NCBI GenBank assembly: GCA_964016885.1
Contig: OZ024743.1
Coordinates: 282,534,001 to 282,598,000 of the forward strand
DNA from: Eledone cirrhosa
Taxonomy: Eukaryota
DNA: 64,000 bases
Direction of reading: 5' to 3'
Position 1 is the stretch's first letter; each line of letters opens with the position of its first letter. A program made the translations under genes and the position numbers. The notes below the pieces were generated by a model. The model ran no database searches. It saw only the letters and a program-made list of their open reading frames with translations, and was not told the origin of the DNA. Positions 1-13,759 of this stretch are shown here, piece after piece.

Positions 1-12
<12 letters not shown>

Positions 13-66
<54 letters not shown>
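13..66. repeat. (AG)n microsatellite following a (TA)n tract
   Basis: Directly visible perfect dinucleotide run. Confidence 0.97.
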
Positions 67-71
<5 letters not shown>

Positions 72-609
72 GTGTGTGATGCTGTTTCTCTCTACCAAAT
101 TTCACTCACAAGGTATTGGTCTGTCCAAAGTTATTGTAGAAGACATTTGCTCAAAATCCTGTGATTGCAAAATGAACTTCTTAACCACATAGCTATACCT
201 ATACATGGTTAAAAGAATCATTTTCAATTGCTGAATGTGATAGATACATGTCTCTATAATGAATTTAATCAGCTATTTAGACAATAAATTAACTGACTAG
301 TCTGAGATTGGTATCAGACTTAATATGAAGTATAATAATTCTACATTTCTGTGATGTTTTGTTGATCTGGATCAGTCATTCTACATTGATATATATAACA
401 TTGGTCAAGTGATGAACCTTGGTAGTGAAAAGGTTGAGAATCACTGGGCGAGTGCAGTTAATATTTAGTTGTTGCTGGTTAGTGGGTGAAAAGGGAATGA
501 ATTCTAGAAGGATGTAGTTTTCGGTTATGTTTTAGGATGTGGATGCTAGTAGAAATAATGAGGCAGGTTAATACACCAAGTAGATTACATGGGCATAGAG
601 CTAGTAAGC

Positions 610-854
610 TTAACCATTTTGTTACTATATTTCTAATGAAAGTCACTGCCTATGATTTCCAAATAATTTTGGAAATAAATAAGAATTTGGAGGGATTTAG
701 TGATATAATTAACTTTCTCATTATTAAGCTGATGTTTAGAATGTAACTTAATGGTCTTACATAAGATTATGATCGAAGGTTTTTAGATAAGCACAAACAG
801 TTTGTATCATAAAAGCAATGGCAATTTCAAGCAGCTTGGTATCAAAAGAGTTAA
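610..854. mobile_element. Degenerate TTAA-flanked MITE (piggyBac-type non-autonomous, family 2)
   Basis: Bounded by ttaaccatttt...aaaagagttaa. The interior resembles copies at about 32512-32772 and 34255-34481. Confidence 0.55.
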
Positions 855-867
855 AAAGAAAAAGACT

Positions 868-1083
868 TTAACTCTTTAGTATTCAAACCAGCCATATCAG
901 GCCAGAATTCTCTCACCTCTTTCTGTTCAAACCAGCTATAACTGACCCCCCATACCGACGTTAAGGTATTGTTCTCAATATAAATAATATCAAAATCTCA
1001 TAGATTCAAAATTATGTGAGGTTAAGCATTTACCCTGAAAATATAATAGTAAATATAGAGTAATGTAAATGCTAAAGAGTTAA
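868..1083. mobile_element. TTAA-flanked MITE (piggyBac-type non-autonomous, family 1)
   Basis: Terminal inverted repeats ttaactctttagtatt / aatgctaaagagttaa. The interior is shared with 14728-14937 and 48186-48376. Confidence 0.75.
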
Positions 1084-2434
1084 GATAGATTTGGAGGAAA
1101 CATAGTTTAATGGAAGGTCACCTGTTACAGAGTGATGGTGAGAGGTAAAGTGTATGCCTCAGGTACACAGCTTTTAGATACCATCTAGAATGTCTGCTGG
1201 TAGTATACTATCTTAAATGAGTGAATTTTACTCCAGTGTAAGCTTTGTTATAGATAACCAGCTGTTCAGGTTTGGAGTATTTTGTCTAGCCCAGTAGAGC
1301 CTTTGTAATGCAGTTGTGGTTATGTGAAGAATCTATGCGTCTATAAGAAGTTGTAGATTGTTATCCAGGCATTTGTAAAGAGTGATGCTGGTTTTTGAAC
1401 TAATTGTGTTGCTTGTACACAAAGACATTACTGAACATGCATAGAATCAGCTTCATGTTTCTGACCTGAGTCTGTTATTACAGATTGTATTCGTGTATAA
1501 CAAAAGTAGAAAAATATCTCAGCATGTTGAAATGGCATAAACATTCAAACTTCATTATATGAATCTAGTGAATTTATTATTTTATTAAGTATTAATTAAA
1601 TAGATTGTTTAAAAATAAATTAACTTTAATATAACAGAATCTCTGTGGTTAACATACATTCTTAATTATTTCCAGTAGGAAACAAATAGTGTATTAGTGC
1701 TGAATAAATAATACTTGCTGAGTATCTTTCTGAGATGCAATCAATCATACCACACTGTCTTGTCTATTAAGGTTACTATGGAGCAAAATTCTTTATCTAT
1801 TTATATTATGTAAATTATGAGTTTTATCTGAAAGATATATTTAAAGTAAAAATTCTAAAATCTAGAGTTTAAAATCAATACATTTGTTTAAAGAATATCC
1901 AGTGTGATGTCTAACATACATGACATGATGGTAAGCTTTAGTATAAGAAATTGAACACTGCATTTCTATTAATCTATGATCTGTGCTTGTAAATCTAAGA
2001 ACATATACAACCAATTTTACATGGCGTTAATGTAATTTTTTTTTTTCAGTATATTTTAGTTTCTTATATCATATAATAGCTGACAATGAATTATAGATTT
2101 TTATATTCTTTGTAGATGTTTTAGCAACCAATCATTTTTTTAATGTTTTCTCAACTGCAGAGTATCCTTCATCTTATTATACTATAAGTATATATGTATA
2201 TTTTAATTGTATTAATGGGTGTGTTGTTGTTACAACTCATACCTATGTAGTGGTTTAGCTGGCCTCTCACAAGGCTGCAGCTCATAGAAGGTTTCTTGGG
2301 TGTTTTAATGATGGGGCCCCGGTCATACTACCAAAAGACTCCGCTATTGAACGGATGCAGTCTGTTGCTGGGATTAACCCCTAGCTGAGTGGACTGAAGA
2401 ATACAACATACTGCCCAGTCCTGAATTCAAGATA

Positions 2435-2713
2435 AGATGCTTTTTAGTGATGGCTAAAAACAAGACTAGATACTTTATAGGGATGACTAAGAACAAGACT
2501 AGATGTTTTATAGTGATGGCTAAGAACAAGACTAGATACTTTATAGGGATGACTAAGAACAAGACTAGATGTTTTGTAGTGATGGCTAAGAACAAGACTA
2601 GATACTTTATAGGGATGACTAAGAACAAGACTAGATGTTTTATAGTGATGGCTAAGAACAAGACTAGATACTTTATAGTGATGGCAAAGAACAAGACTAG
2701 ATACTTTGTAGTA
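2435..2713. repeat. 33-bp minisatellite, about 8.5 units, alternating A/B variants (66-bp higher-order unit)
   Basis: Units agatgttttatagtgatggctaagaacaagact and agatactttatagggatgactaagaacaagact alternate from 2435 in 33-nt steps. Confidence 0.95.
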
Positions 2714-3439
2714 GCCAATGTTTGGTGCCCTACTCTTCTTGATTTAAACTCTGGTTTTCCTCTACTTAATTTATCTAGTAGCAATTAAAAACTAGTTAAT
2801 TACTGAACATATTAATCTATGGGTGGAAACATGGCTATGTGGTTAAGAAGATTGCATTGCAATCAAGTGGTTCTGGAATCAATTCCACTGCACAGCACCT
2901 CAAGCATTGAACTGATGCAGTTATTAGATTGTCAGATTAAATGCATTGTGGTATTTGTTCCACCTCTCTGTATTCTGAGTTCAATCCACATCCCACATAT
3001 GGGGCAATCTCAAAGGTCAACCTAACCAGAGTAATATTCCAGAAATAAAAACAACCAAATCTGCCTCAAAATCCTTTTGTCTTTAAAACAAAACAGGAAA
3101 GACATATTGGTATACCTGAAACATAAAAATAAAAACAGCATGGCCTAGGTGAGAAGATTTTTGATAGGTCACGACTAACCTGTGGCTAAACAATAGCCGC
3201 TTTGGGTTCTTTGTTTATTACTTACAATTTTTTTAAATGGAAACTCCACCTCCTGCCCACCACAAAAACAGGAAGTGTTTTAGAATTGAAATAACTAAGT
3301 TACTTATCTAAATTTAGTCCCTCTATTCAGTGTTGTCTGATAAGGTCAAAATTGATTTTCTTTGTCTTTTCTTTGTGTGATTAATTGCTGTTGATAATTT
3401 TTGTCTTTTCCTTTTAACTTTTTTTTTTCTTCTTTTTAG

Positions 3440-3585
3440 CTTTTAATATGGAACAGGAAATCCCTGACTATGATATGGATAGTGAGGATGAAGCCTGGTT
3501 AAATGAGCAAGCAAAGAAGATGGAGATAACACCTCTAAAATTTGAGGAAATGTTAGATCGATTAGAAAAAGGAAGTGGTCAACAG
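3440..3585 (+). CDS. EPC1: Enhancer of polycomb homolog, first coding exon in window (EPcA domain: FNMEQEIPDYDMDSEDEAWL...FEEMLDRLEKGSGQQ)
   Basis: Polypyrimidine+AG at 3438-3439, GT at 3586. The PDYDMDSEDE and FEEMxDRLEK motifs are diagnostic of the EPC family. Earlier exons are outside the window. Confidence 0.95.
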
Positions 3586-6204
3586 GTACTTGATATTTGT
3601 TTAGTCATTTTAATGTTTGTTGTTGTTGTTTTAAGCAGTGAATTGGCAGTCATTGGAGTCACATATTAAATGTTTCTGTATTTGTTTCAGCTCTCTGGTC
3701 TCTCTGAGTTCAAATCCCGTCACAGTCGACCACCTTTCATCCTTTTGGGATCAGTAAATAAAATACAAGTCTAGATGTGGTGGCTTGATGAAATTTTGAA
3801 AGAGTCAGATCCGACGGGATGCTCTACATTATCTGCTCTGGCTTTGTACCTTTAAAATCCCTCCTTTTGCCAGGAATTGAGACCAACAGATAGTGTTAGT
3901 AATGGAATGATTAATGAAAGCATAGTTTCCTTGGTTCAATCTGGCAATCAGCCTCCTTCCCTCTTCTTTTAAAAAATTTAATTACACCCTGCTTGGATTG
4001 TTTTTCTTTTCCATTGCAGTAATATATCGCCTCACTTCTTTTCATTGAGATTCGTCTCTGGTTCTTTTATTTGTTGTTCTAGTAAAGACTGCAGATTGGC
4101 AGAATCATTAGAGCATAAAACAAAATGACTCTCTACACGCTGCGGTCAAATCCAGTCATAATCAACTTTGCCTTTCATCCTTTCAGGGTCGATAAAATGA
4201 AGTACCAGTTGAGAGTGGTGGACTAGCTGAATTGTTAATGATTTGGACCAGTTGTTTTTTGTATTTGTTTTGAGTTCAAGGTCCTTCTGTGGCCTACTTG
4301 GGTAATAGATTTAATCTGTTGCCAAGTTTAGCACCACCACCTGGCCCTTACATGCCTTCAGTGAAGTTCACTCTGTTGCAAGCTCTCAGACCAGGTCTCT
4401 GGTTTGAAGACCCCCCCCCCCCCCCCCCAAAGCCAGGGATTAAAAGTAAAATTAAATTATAATTTTTTGCTTCACCATCCAAACATAGAACAACTGACTT
4501 ACAAATCACCCTTCCCCCCATCTTTCTTGTTCACTTCAGAAATCTTGAATGGAGTCACTAGTGAGATGCATATGTTAACCTATTTGTCTAATCTTACCAT
4601 CTGAAATTGGAATTTTACTTGACTATTTTCTTTTGTGTTTTAAATCTCATGTTTAAATATTTTTTTTTATGTTGCTACACTCATGTGTACCTGCACTTCT
4701 AGTATAGTTTTTCTCTTTAATACCATTTCACCATGTCAAGTTTACTCATTCTTTTGTATGTATTAAATCTTATAGAACAAATGACTTCTCATGTAGACAA
4801 TGTCTCCTCATCATCATAATCATCATTATATTAGCATCCACTTTCCATTCTACCATGGGTTGGACAGGTTGTCATGGTCTGTATGGGTCACAATGACTAC
4901 ATAGTTCAGGGAAACCACATCTTGCCTATATATCCCATGTTTTCGCATGGTTTCTACAGCTTGATGACCATCCTTATGCCAGCCACTTTAGAGCATGTAC
5001 TGGGTGCATTTTATCTTGGCATCTATATTGGGAACATTTTATTGTAGTATAATCATTAGAGCTGTTGTCATGTGCTTGGTATTATGATTGGCAATAACTA
5101 GATAATTGTTCTACTTATTCCCCCCTCTTCCAATTGACAGAGAACGCCTCTCGTTTTTCAATGCCTTCAATAATTTTGACAGAAACTATGATTTTGGCTT
5201 TCCAAACTATTTTGTCTTTAAAACAAAACTGCAATTAAAAGATTGCTCAGAGGGACTTGCACCTTATTGCTAGGAATCTAGCACAAGAGAAACCAAAGAC
5301 AATTGGCAACATAATGATGATAATAGTGATGGTGGTGAAGGTGAAATACTTCTTTAATATTCAAATAAAAGTGACACATCAAGTGCTATTTGCAATCATT
5401 TACAAACTTGTTACTTATTCCTCAAACTATTAATTTGTTATCTCATTGATTAAGCTGACGTTCTCTCAGAAAAAGAGTTATTCCCTCTAGCTTCCTTTCG
5501 TCCATTAAATACTTTAGCTTAACTGCTCTGAATTTTTTTATGAAGGTTGAATTTACATTATTCTAATAATTGGGTAAAATTATATTGTCTCTATTTTGTA
5601 TGTGGGTGGTGACAGAACAACTGTTAACTAGCTTAACTCCAGTACTTGGTCCTTGGTTTCTGACCTAAAAATGACTAATTCTATGATACAAAAGTGTTTG
5701 TTTCAAAATGTTTATATTTTATCTAAAAACCTTCAATCATAATTTTTTGTAAGAAACTTTTGTTAAGTTATGTTCCAAACATCAACTTAAAAATGAAAGT
5801 TATTTACAAAATCCATCCAAACCTTATGCAATTGTCTTTCATTAGAAATATTGCAACAGAAGGGTTAAATATATAAGTTCCATTTTTTAATTATCATTGT
5901 TTTGTGATATTTAGGGCAGTGGATTAACAGTATTGGTAGAGCATCAGACAATATACTTTGTAGTATTTAGTTACAACTTTCTATGTTCTAAGTTCAAATC
6001 CCACCTAGCTCAACTTTGCCTTTCATCCTTATGGAGTCAATAAAATAAAGTGCCAGTTAAGTACTGGAGTTGATTTAACTCTTCCAAATTACTGGCTTCA
6101 TGCCAATGTTAGAAAGAATTATATTGGTGATATTCATTTGCTATTTCTTTGCTTTTATAGTCTGTCTTAATTTTGTATGTTTTGTTTATTTTCATTTTGC
6201 ACAG

Positions 6205-6300
6205 GTTGTTACACTTCAAGAGGCAAAACTATTACTGAAAGAAGATGATGACTTGATTATTGCTGTATATGATTACTGGTTAAATAAACGATTACGAACT
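6205..6300 (+). CDS. EPC1: EPC exon (VVTLQEAKLLLKEDDDLIIAVYDYWLNKRLRT)
   Basis: AG/GT boundaries, phase 0-0, conserved VYDYW..KR motif. Confidence 0.95.
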
Positions 6301-7887
6301 GTAAGTCAAAGATAAAGGCCTTGGCTTGCTTTCTTTACACCTACTTTTGCTCTTTTTTTTATTTTCTGAAACTCATGGAGCAGGGAAGAAAGTAAAAAGC
6401 TTATTTAGAAATTAAGTTTATGAAGATTTTAAGGACTTTGTCTTCAAACTAAATATTTGAAAAGATTTTACTGGCGTGAGTATGTTGATATCTCTAAATA
6501 CAGTTAACCTGTAGTAAGTAAAGTGTTGTATTTCCTGATGTTGAGACTGTTTCTACCTTGAAGGTGCACCACAATTGCTGAAGATAAAAACATGGTCTCA
6601 GTGGAAATATAACCTACAAATTTTCTAGGATGTACAGTAAATTCGTGACATTATTGTAAGGAAAAAATAGCATCATCAATATTGAGAAGTATAGTCATAC
6701 AATTTATAAAGCCGACTTTGGTATAGGTCAGACATCCATCTTGTCACATAACTTTACATCTACTGAGCAATTGTTCGTATATCGCTGTTAAATGTGACCA
6801 ATGAGAGCGACAGGCTTACACTAGCTGGAAGTAACCACTTTTCCCATTTCTGAATACTCCATATTCGCATATTGGATTATGTGGCAAACTCTGAAATTCG
6901 GCATCACTGCCAGATTGATTTCTTCCAACAATCCCTACACAAAAGTCAAATACTGGAGTTGACTACCTCCATTTGATCCCCTCTCTGATTTTGGGTTTAT
7001 GTTAAAAATTATTATAGCATATTAGCTTAGAAAAATAGATGTTTAAAAAGTTTGGTAAGAGGAAATAGAAACCAGAAACTCCAAATATATATACGTGTAC
7101 TATTCTAACCTTTTTGATACCAACTCCCTCCCCACCAAATTACCTCTGATTCTATGAAACAAAACCATTAATTTGAAATGGTTCCTATTTGAGTGAAAAT
7201 CTTCCAACATAATTTGATATAAAGAACCTTTTATTAAGTTATGTTATGAATATGATCTTAATAATGAAATAAGTAATGGCTTTAGTAAATGACACTTCAT
7301 TTTTCAAATACAGTGACACAAGACATAATTTACTTTTAAATTTTCATAGTAAATTGTAAACAAATCACCATATTTATTACTAATTATTGGGATATTATTG
7401 ACTAATATCCCTTTGGTATCAATCAAAGGTTCAGTAGTTGTTGATTGAATTTCAGCTGTTATCACTGAATGCTTTTGATAAATTCCTTTAATGAAATTAC
7501 CTTTCAGTTCTCATAATTAAGGAATATATTATTATTGTTGTTGTATTTTTATTTTATTTTTATTTATTTTTCATTATATTCAATATTCTTAAAATCTTAG
7601 TGTGAATTCTAAACATAGATTTATTGATAAACTGAATTTGCTCTCATCAATAAAATTATTCTTTCTTGTCGATGAATCAAAACATATTAATTGAAATAGT
7701 CTTTAGATTTTGCATTATTATGTAATGTTGAAAATCTTTGTTAGAATTAATTCAAAAACTGATCTATTTTTGTTTTAAATTATTAAAACCCTACACACAC
7801 CACCCTGTCCTCCTCTCTTTTGGAAATTCAATTTTCCTTCAGAATTAACTTCATTAGAGTATTCATCAAATCCTTTCCTTTTTACAG

Positions 7888-7995
7888 CAACATCCATTAA
7901 TACTTCAAGTGAAAACTGAGAAAAGAGATGGATCAACAACCAATAATCCATATGTAGCTTTCAGACGAAGAACTGAAAAGATGCAAACCCGAAAA
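7888..7995 (+). CDS. EPC1: EPC exon (QHPLILQVKTEKRDGSTTNNPYVAFRRRTEKMQTRK)
   Basis: AG/GTAAG boundaries and the PYVAFRRRTEKMQTRK signature. Not in the ORF track. Confidence 0.96.
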
Positions 7996-8217
7996 GTAAG
8001 AGTGATTTTTCATTTTAGTTTTCTTTTATCACCATCACCACCCTTATGTTTTATTGATTATTCTTATGGGTAATTACAAATATTTGTTCTCAAAATAAAG
8101 AAAAAACGATATTATTGATTGAAAGTATATGCCTGTTTCCCCCCTCCCCTCTGTTTTCATTTTAATTATATCTGTATTAATCACTTATATACATTTTTTT
8201 TCTTTTTTCTTTCTCAG

Positions 8218-8285
8218 AATCGAAAAAATGATGAAGCATCTTATGAAAAAATGTTGAAGTTAAGACGTGATCTTTACAGGGCTGT
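8218..8285 (+). CDS. EPC1: EPC exon (NRKNDEASYEKMLKLRRDLYRAV)
   Basis: AG/GTAAG boundaries, conserved NRKNDEASYEKMLKLRRDL, ends in phase 2. Confidence 0.96.
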
Positions 8286-8760
8286 GTAAGTAAAGACTTA
8301 AGTGTCTCAGATTAGGTTTTTTTAAAAATAACAATATACTTTTTTTTTTAAATCTTTAATCTTTTAGAGATTTTCCAATATATAAAGATTTTTCCAATAT
8401 TTATGTTTATGCTGTACTTCAACCAGTTTGATCTCTAATTGCTATAAGGTGTCTTATTCCTGGTTATGTACATTCAGAATCTCAGACTAGATTCAAAATA
8501 GGAACCTATAATTTTGAAATGAAAGATAATGATGTTTTTATTTACGAATTCACTAATGCATTCCACCTCTAAAGATGTGGTTAACAGCTTGTTTATTAGA
8601 ATTAAAGCTGTAGATAATCACTTAATCATTATAAAATATTAAATTAAATTCTTTTTCTTTTTTAAGTAATGATTGTATTTTAGATTACAAACACATACAC
8701 ATGTGTGTTTGTGTATGTGTATATGTGCAATGCTCATTCCTTTTGTATTCTATTTTACAG

Positions 8761-8841
8761 GACATTACTTGAAATGATTAAAAGGAGAGAGAAAACGAAA
8801 AAAGAAATGTTACAATTAACTATTGAAATTCTTGAGAAACG
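8761..8841 (+). CDS. EPC1: EPC exon (TLLEMIKRREKTKKEMLQLTIEILEKR)
   Basis: AG/GTAAG boundaries, phase 2-2, conserved LEMIKRREK. Confidence 0.96.
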
Positions 8842-9564
8842 GTAAGAATTTGTTAGATAATATACCATATTTGTATTTTAGGTTAGCCTGCAAAAAATCT
8901 TTTTATACATATTCACAGTTATATTGATGAACATGATTGTTGGAGCATTGGATTAAAGGCTTCAGCATTTGTTCTGGTTCTCTGAGATCAAATCCTGTCA
9001 TGGTAAATTTTGCCTTTTATCCTTTTGGGGATCAATAAATAAAGTACCATTCCAAGATGTGGTGGATTAGCAGAATAGTTAAAGGGTTGGACAGGATGTT
9101 TTGTAGTATCTGTTCCAGCTCTGTGCTTTCTGAGTCCAAATCCTGCCCCCTGTCACTAGAAAAGCAGTGGCACTTCTGCTAGAAGTTGCAACTAGCAGGT
9201 AATATCAGCAATGGAGTAACCAATGGAAATATTGTCTCCTTGGTATAACTTCATGATCAGCTTATTTCCTTTCTTTTTCATTAAACTGAATAATAAAAAA
9301 AAATTGCAGTATTGCCTAAACTATCTTGAAACAAAGTGTTAGTTTGGGTTAGAAATTTCTCTGAATAAAGAAGAGTATGTGGAATGTCAAATAAGTTTAA
9401 TTGCCATGAGGAGTAGGATGTCTAATATTTCAGGCCCTTCAATGGGTAGTAGAAAAAGACTAAAAAACTTACCTTTTTATTCATTGCTGTTGACAGTTTG
9501 TTTGGATTCCAGAATTGACCTAGTACGTTTTAGATAATATTTAATAATAAAGTCAGGTTACGCC

Positions 9565-9898
9565 CCTTTCTGATCTGAGTTCAAATCCTGCCAAGGTTAA
9601 CTTTGCCTTTCATCCTTACGGGGTCGATAAAATAAAGTACCAGTAATGCACTGGGATAATTGCTGGCCTTGTGCCAAAAGTAGAAACAATTATTTAATAA
9701 CTTAAAGGGTGGTGGATTGGCAGTATCAGTAGAGGGTTGGACACCATGCTGTGACGCATAGAGTTACGGCCCTTGCTATTCTGAGTTCAAATCCCGCCGA
9801 GGTTAACTTTGCTTTTCATCCTTACGGGGTCGATAAAATAAAGTACCAGCAATGCACTGTAATTGCTGGCCTTGTGCCAAAAGTAGAAACAATTATTT
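9565..9898 (+). mobile_element. Two tandem copies (one 5'-truncated) of tRNA-derived SINE family A
   Basis: A-box-like ggtggattggcag, B-box gagttcaaatcc and core aactttgcctttcatccttacggggtcgataaaataaagtaccag. More than a dozen related copies occur in the window. Confidence 0.85.
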
Positions 9899-10039
9899 AA
9901 TAACTTTATACTTCTGATGTAGTATTACTTCCTATTGAGGTTAAGGTTTTGATATATCTTAAAGATGTTATCTTTTTTACAAGGATTTCTTTTTACTTTG
10001 ATTCTTAAAACTATCTAAAAATAATGAGTTGTGTGTTTT

Positions 10040-10590
10040 AAGTGAAATCAACAGTATTGATTCTGCCTAGTTTGTTTAGTAACCAACATATAAGAATAGC
10101 CACAAGCATTCACATCTATCAAGTGTTTGTTTGCATTGTCCTGCTATATGACTATGAGACATGGCCAATGAGAAAAGCAAACTTAAGCAAGCTGGAAATG
10201 TTTAATCACTTTTGCTTTCATTGAAACTCTGAAGTTTCTTGTCACCACTAGATTGGTTTCCTTTAGCAGCTCTGGCTCAGAAGGTACCTATGTTGGTTTG
10301 GTCACACACTATGGAGTCAACTCATCTGTGATGCAATTGAACTAGAGCCCTTCATGGTATAGTGTAAATGGCCAGGTGGGTGGCTCAAAATGTGAATTAG
10401 TACAATGAAAGTTGAGTTTTGAATTCATATCTGGTCCTTACATACATGGTATCTGCCAAAGCAATCATGACTTTACAATCTTCATGTTGGATGCCTGATT
10501 GCTAACTGTTGTCAGTTTCTGTTTGTGATACTGTAGATTCACTGGTTGGAACCAGCTCAACCCATCCAGTGTTATGCAGACACAAATACT
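10040..10590 (+). mobile_element. Decayed RTE-clade LINE 3' fragment
   Basis: Translation VLLYDYETWPMRKANLSKLEMF resembles the RTE C-terminal LLYGxETW motif. Contains stops and frameshifts. Confidence 0.65.
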
Positions 10591-12178
10591 AGTCGGTAAT
10601 AATGACATAACTTAAAAAGACAATTGGTTTGAATTTGGGAACCACTATTTTAAATTGTAGCAACAGATGGGTCATCTGGAATGGATGGAATTAATTAAAA
10701 AACTAATTTTTTTTTCTATTTCAAAATTATGACAACTCTTCTTAGCTTTGTTCTGTCATCAGCTAAATTTATGAAGAATAATTTATCAAAATTTCCTGGC
10801 ATATGCATCTTTGTTTAACATTTTATAAGTTTTTAAATAATCTTTAGGTGTATTTTCTTTTTGAAGCTGATGAAGAAGAATTTCTGGTACTTATTGCCAT
10901 GTTTGCTTAATTTCTGTTCTTCTAAGCCTATTGAAGACTGCTGCAAGAAATATCAAATTTACTAAGTATTTTCTCAAAATTGGGATAAATATATAAAAAA
11001 AGAACGAAAACAAAAGCAATGCTAATTCTGCTTGGCATTTTTGTTTATTCTCTTTGAGTGCCAGTGCCATTTTTGGTATTTTACTGCCGCAGTCTCCTAT
11101 TTCATGTTAATTTTGGAATTAAAAAAAAGGATTGTAAAAAGTAAAATAGATGAAATATTTACTTTGTCTGGACCTACGTTTAATTCTTTGAGTGTTAAAA
11201 ACGTGTCAAGATGTTTTTGACACTCAAAAAGTTTAAAAAGAATACAATGTAAAGTGAAGAACAGAATTATAATCTTCACCTTTATTCATGCTCAAAATAC
11301 AAATGTTTTTTATTCATATGTCTTGTAATGTTAAATATTCTAAAACAAATAGTTGTTATTTTTATCTTTTTTAAAAGCTGACTACTGCAAAAAGTCCCTT
11401 TCTGGTTCTGCAAGCACATAGTAAAATTGTGAAGAGTAGTTTGTATATTAGACACACAAGTGAACTGGCTATACAAGCATTTGGGCAATGTCCAGAGGGC
11501 AGCTTCACAGAGTAAAAGTAAAAGAGCTGAAAAATGTCATGTAAAACTGAAGCTGTAGCCATTGCACAAACATTGAAACGGAAATGGAACATGCTTTAAC
11601 CAAGCAGTGAAAACATGCCTTTTTGACTTCAGCAATCTGTTAATCAATGTCACCCAGCTTCCCGGGCCAGTTTTAAGATCCAGTCCGCTTCTGATTAGAT
11701 ATAATTAGATAAGTTAACATTAATGTTCAGTTGATGCACAGATTATTGATGTTTTGTTTCACCCTGTATTTAAATTAAATAGGGTTGCAGATGATTGATT
11801 TGATACATTTGAAATCTTCCTATGAATAAGATTTGGAAAGTCATAGGCTCTGCCTTCTTGACTTGCTATCGATACACTACATGAAAGCAGTTTTCAAGTG
11901 ATGTTTTATGAACCATTGTGTTATGTGGTTTATACACATATACGCACATGTAGTTAGTTGGGATTATTTTGATATTCATAAATATTCTATATTGTACTAT
12001 AAATTAATAATTTAAACAGCCAATATTAATTACTAATATGTATTTCTGGTAGATTTTTTAGATTTTAGATAAAGCTTACCAAATAAAGGGTATTGTCAGG
12101 ATTGTTTCTTGTAAGTAAAAAGGATATGTGTCCTTCAAGAATGACAATATTGCTATCAATGTTAACATTGCTATTCAG

Positions 12179-12305
12179 ATATCAAATGGAGGACTTCAGT
12201 GGTCAGCTTTTAACTGAGGCAGAAGCTCAGAAGTATTCCAGGCCATCTTACATTTCTCCATATGGTGTTGCTAGGCAAGGAGAATGGGCAGATGGTATCA
12301 ATGGG
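12179..12305 (+). CDS. EPC1: EPC exon (YQMEDFSGQLLTEAEAQKYSRPSYISPYGVARQGEWADGING)
   Basis: AG/GTAAG boundaries, phase 2-0 fits its neighbours, R-Y..DF.G motif of EPC. Confidence 0.92.
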
Positions 12306-13591
12306 GTAAGTTACTTCAGTCTGGTACCTTGTGAAATACTTATTTCTTTCTGCATCCTCCTCTTCACACTTTATTTATTGGATGCTGTGCTGATACTTTT
12401 ATTTTTATCCTTCAGATGTGTTGTTTCTCTACAACCTTTTAACATGTTTTTTGGTTTGGATCCTGTATTTATGATTTAGCTGGAAAAGCAAAAAGGACAT
12501 TTTCCACTGAACATTTAAAAAAATTTTTCCTTCATATATAAATATTTTAAATATTTCTATAACTAATTAAAATTTTACAAAATATGAATAAATGTATTAA
12601 ATTCTGATAAGAAAAATGTGCCCTGTTCTCCCCCTAAGTTAGTATTAATGTATCATTATTACTTCTCTTAAATCAATATCAATGAAAATCAAGACAGTTT
12701 GTATATCAATGTTTCTTGTTAAAAATGTGTATAAATCTAGATCAAGAAGCAAAGAAACCAGAGCTGTGTGTATTTGTAAACATATTTTGATTCCTTGCCT
12801 TTCATTTCGTGGGTGGGGGGCTAAAATAATGTACCAGTCATGCATTGGGTTGATATAATCAACTTATTCCTTTCCTCAAAATTGGTGGCCTTTTTGCCTA
12901 AATTAGAAAGCATTAATCATTATGAATATGTAACTGACTGCACCTTTCTGGAGATAGTTTCAAACAGGAACTACTATTGATATTAGGCACTCTATCAGCT
13001 TAGATGTATGCATATGACAAATTATATGAAAAAAAGAAAGAAGCACATAGAAAATTCTTTGTGCTAGAATTCTATGTTTGGAGCTGTTTACATGTTTAAT
13101 CAATTGATTTTAAAAAGCCAATGAGATTCAGACACTCATCAGCAATAAATGTCAAGTTAGAAGCATTCTATTCTTGAAATTATTTTTCAAACCTTTCCAA
13201 TTATTTACAATACAAAAGTATGAGACATCATTATCTCCAAGAAAAAATATATTTACTTCTACACAAAATACAAATGATTTATCAATTAACCATAACTCTA
13301 ACAATATGAACTGCTATCTATTTGGGATTTGGGATTATTGCTTAAATTGTTATTTCAGATAATTAAACAGCCTACTCTATGTATTTAATTAAGAATTAAA
13401 AATTTTTCATATGTATGTTATTTTACATTTTAACAGTAAGTTATGCGCCTGCATCAAAATTTTTCCCATATGAACATGGTTTGTCTTAATTCAGTCTATT
13501 TTCTTGGCCTCTTCTTTAAAAATATGTAGTTCTTTAATTTCTTTCAATGTACTATTTTTTTAAATATTGTTTAATCTCTATCTTTTTTTAG

Positions 13592-13759
13592 GATGAAGGA
13601 TTACAAAGTAATAAGAAACGTATTTATCGGAAACGAAAACACCGTCAAATTGCTCAGCAACAAGGAGCCAATCTCAGCAGTAACCAAACTCCTCATTACA
13701 ATGATATTGATGTTTTACAACCTGATATTTATAGTTCAGAGGAGGAAGGTCTTTCACCT
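13592..13759 (+). CDS. EPC1: EPC exon (DEGLQSNKKRIYRKRKHR...DIYSSEEEGLSP)
   Basis: AG/GT boundaries, phase 0-0, basic KRxYxKRK segment and SSEEE typical of EPC. The ORF track reads it in the wrong frame. Confidence 0.9.

Noticed and set aside
2374-2788. 136-aa and 113-aa repetitive ORFs, or a CRISPR-like array
   Set aside because: These are by-products of a 33-bp tandem repeat. There are no unique spacers and the context is a eukaryotic intron.
9707-9800. tRNA genes at SINE heads
   Set aside because: Only A/B-box remnants without a cloverleaf; they are parts of SINEs.
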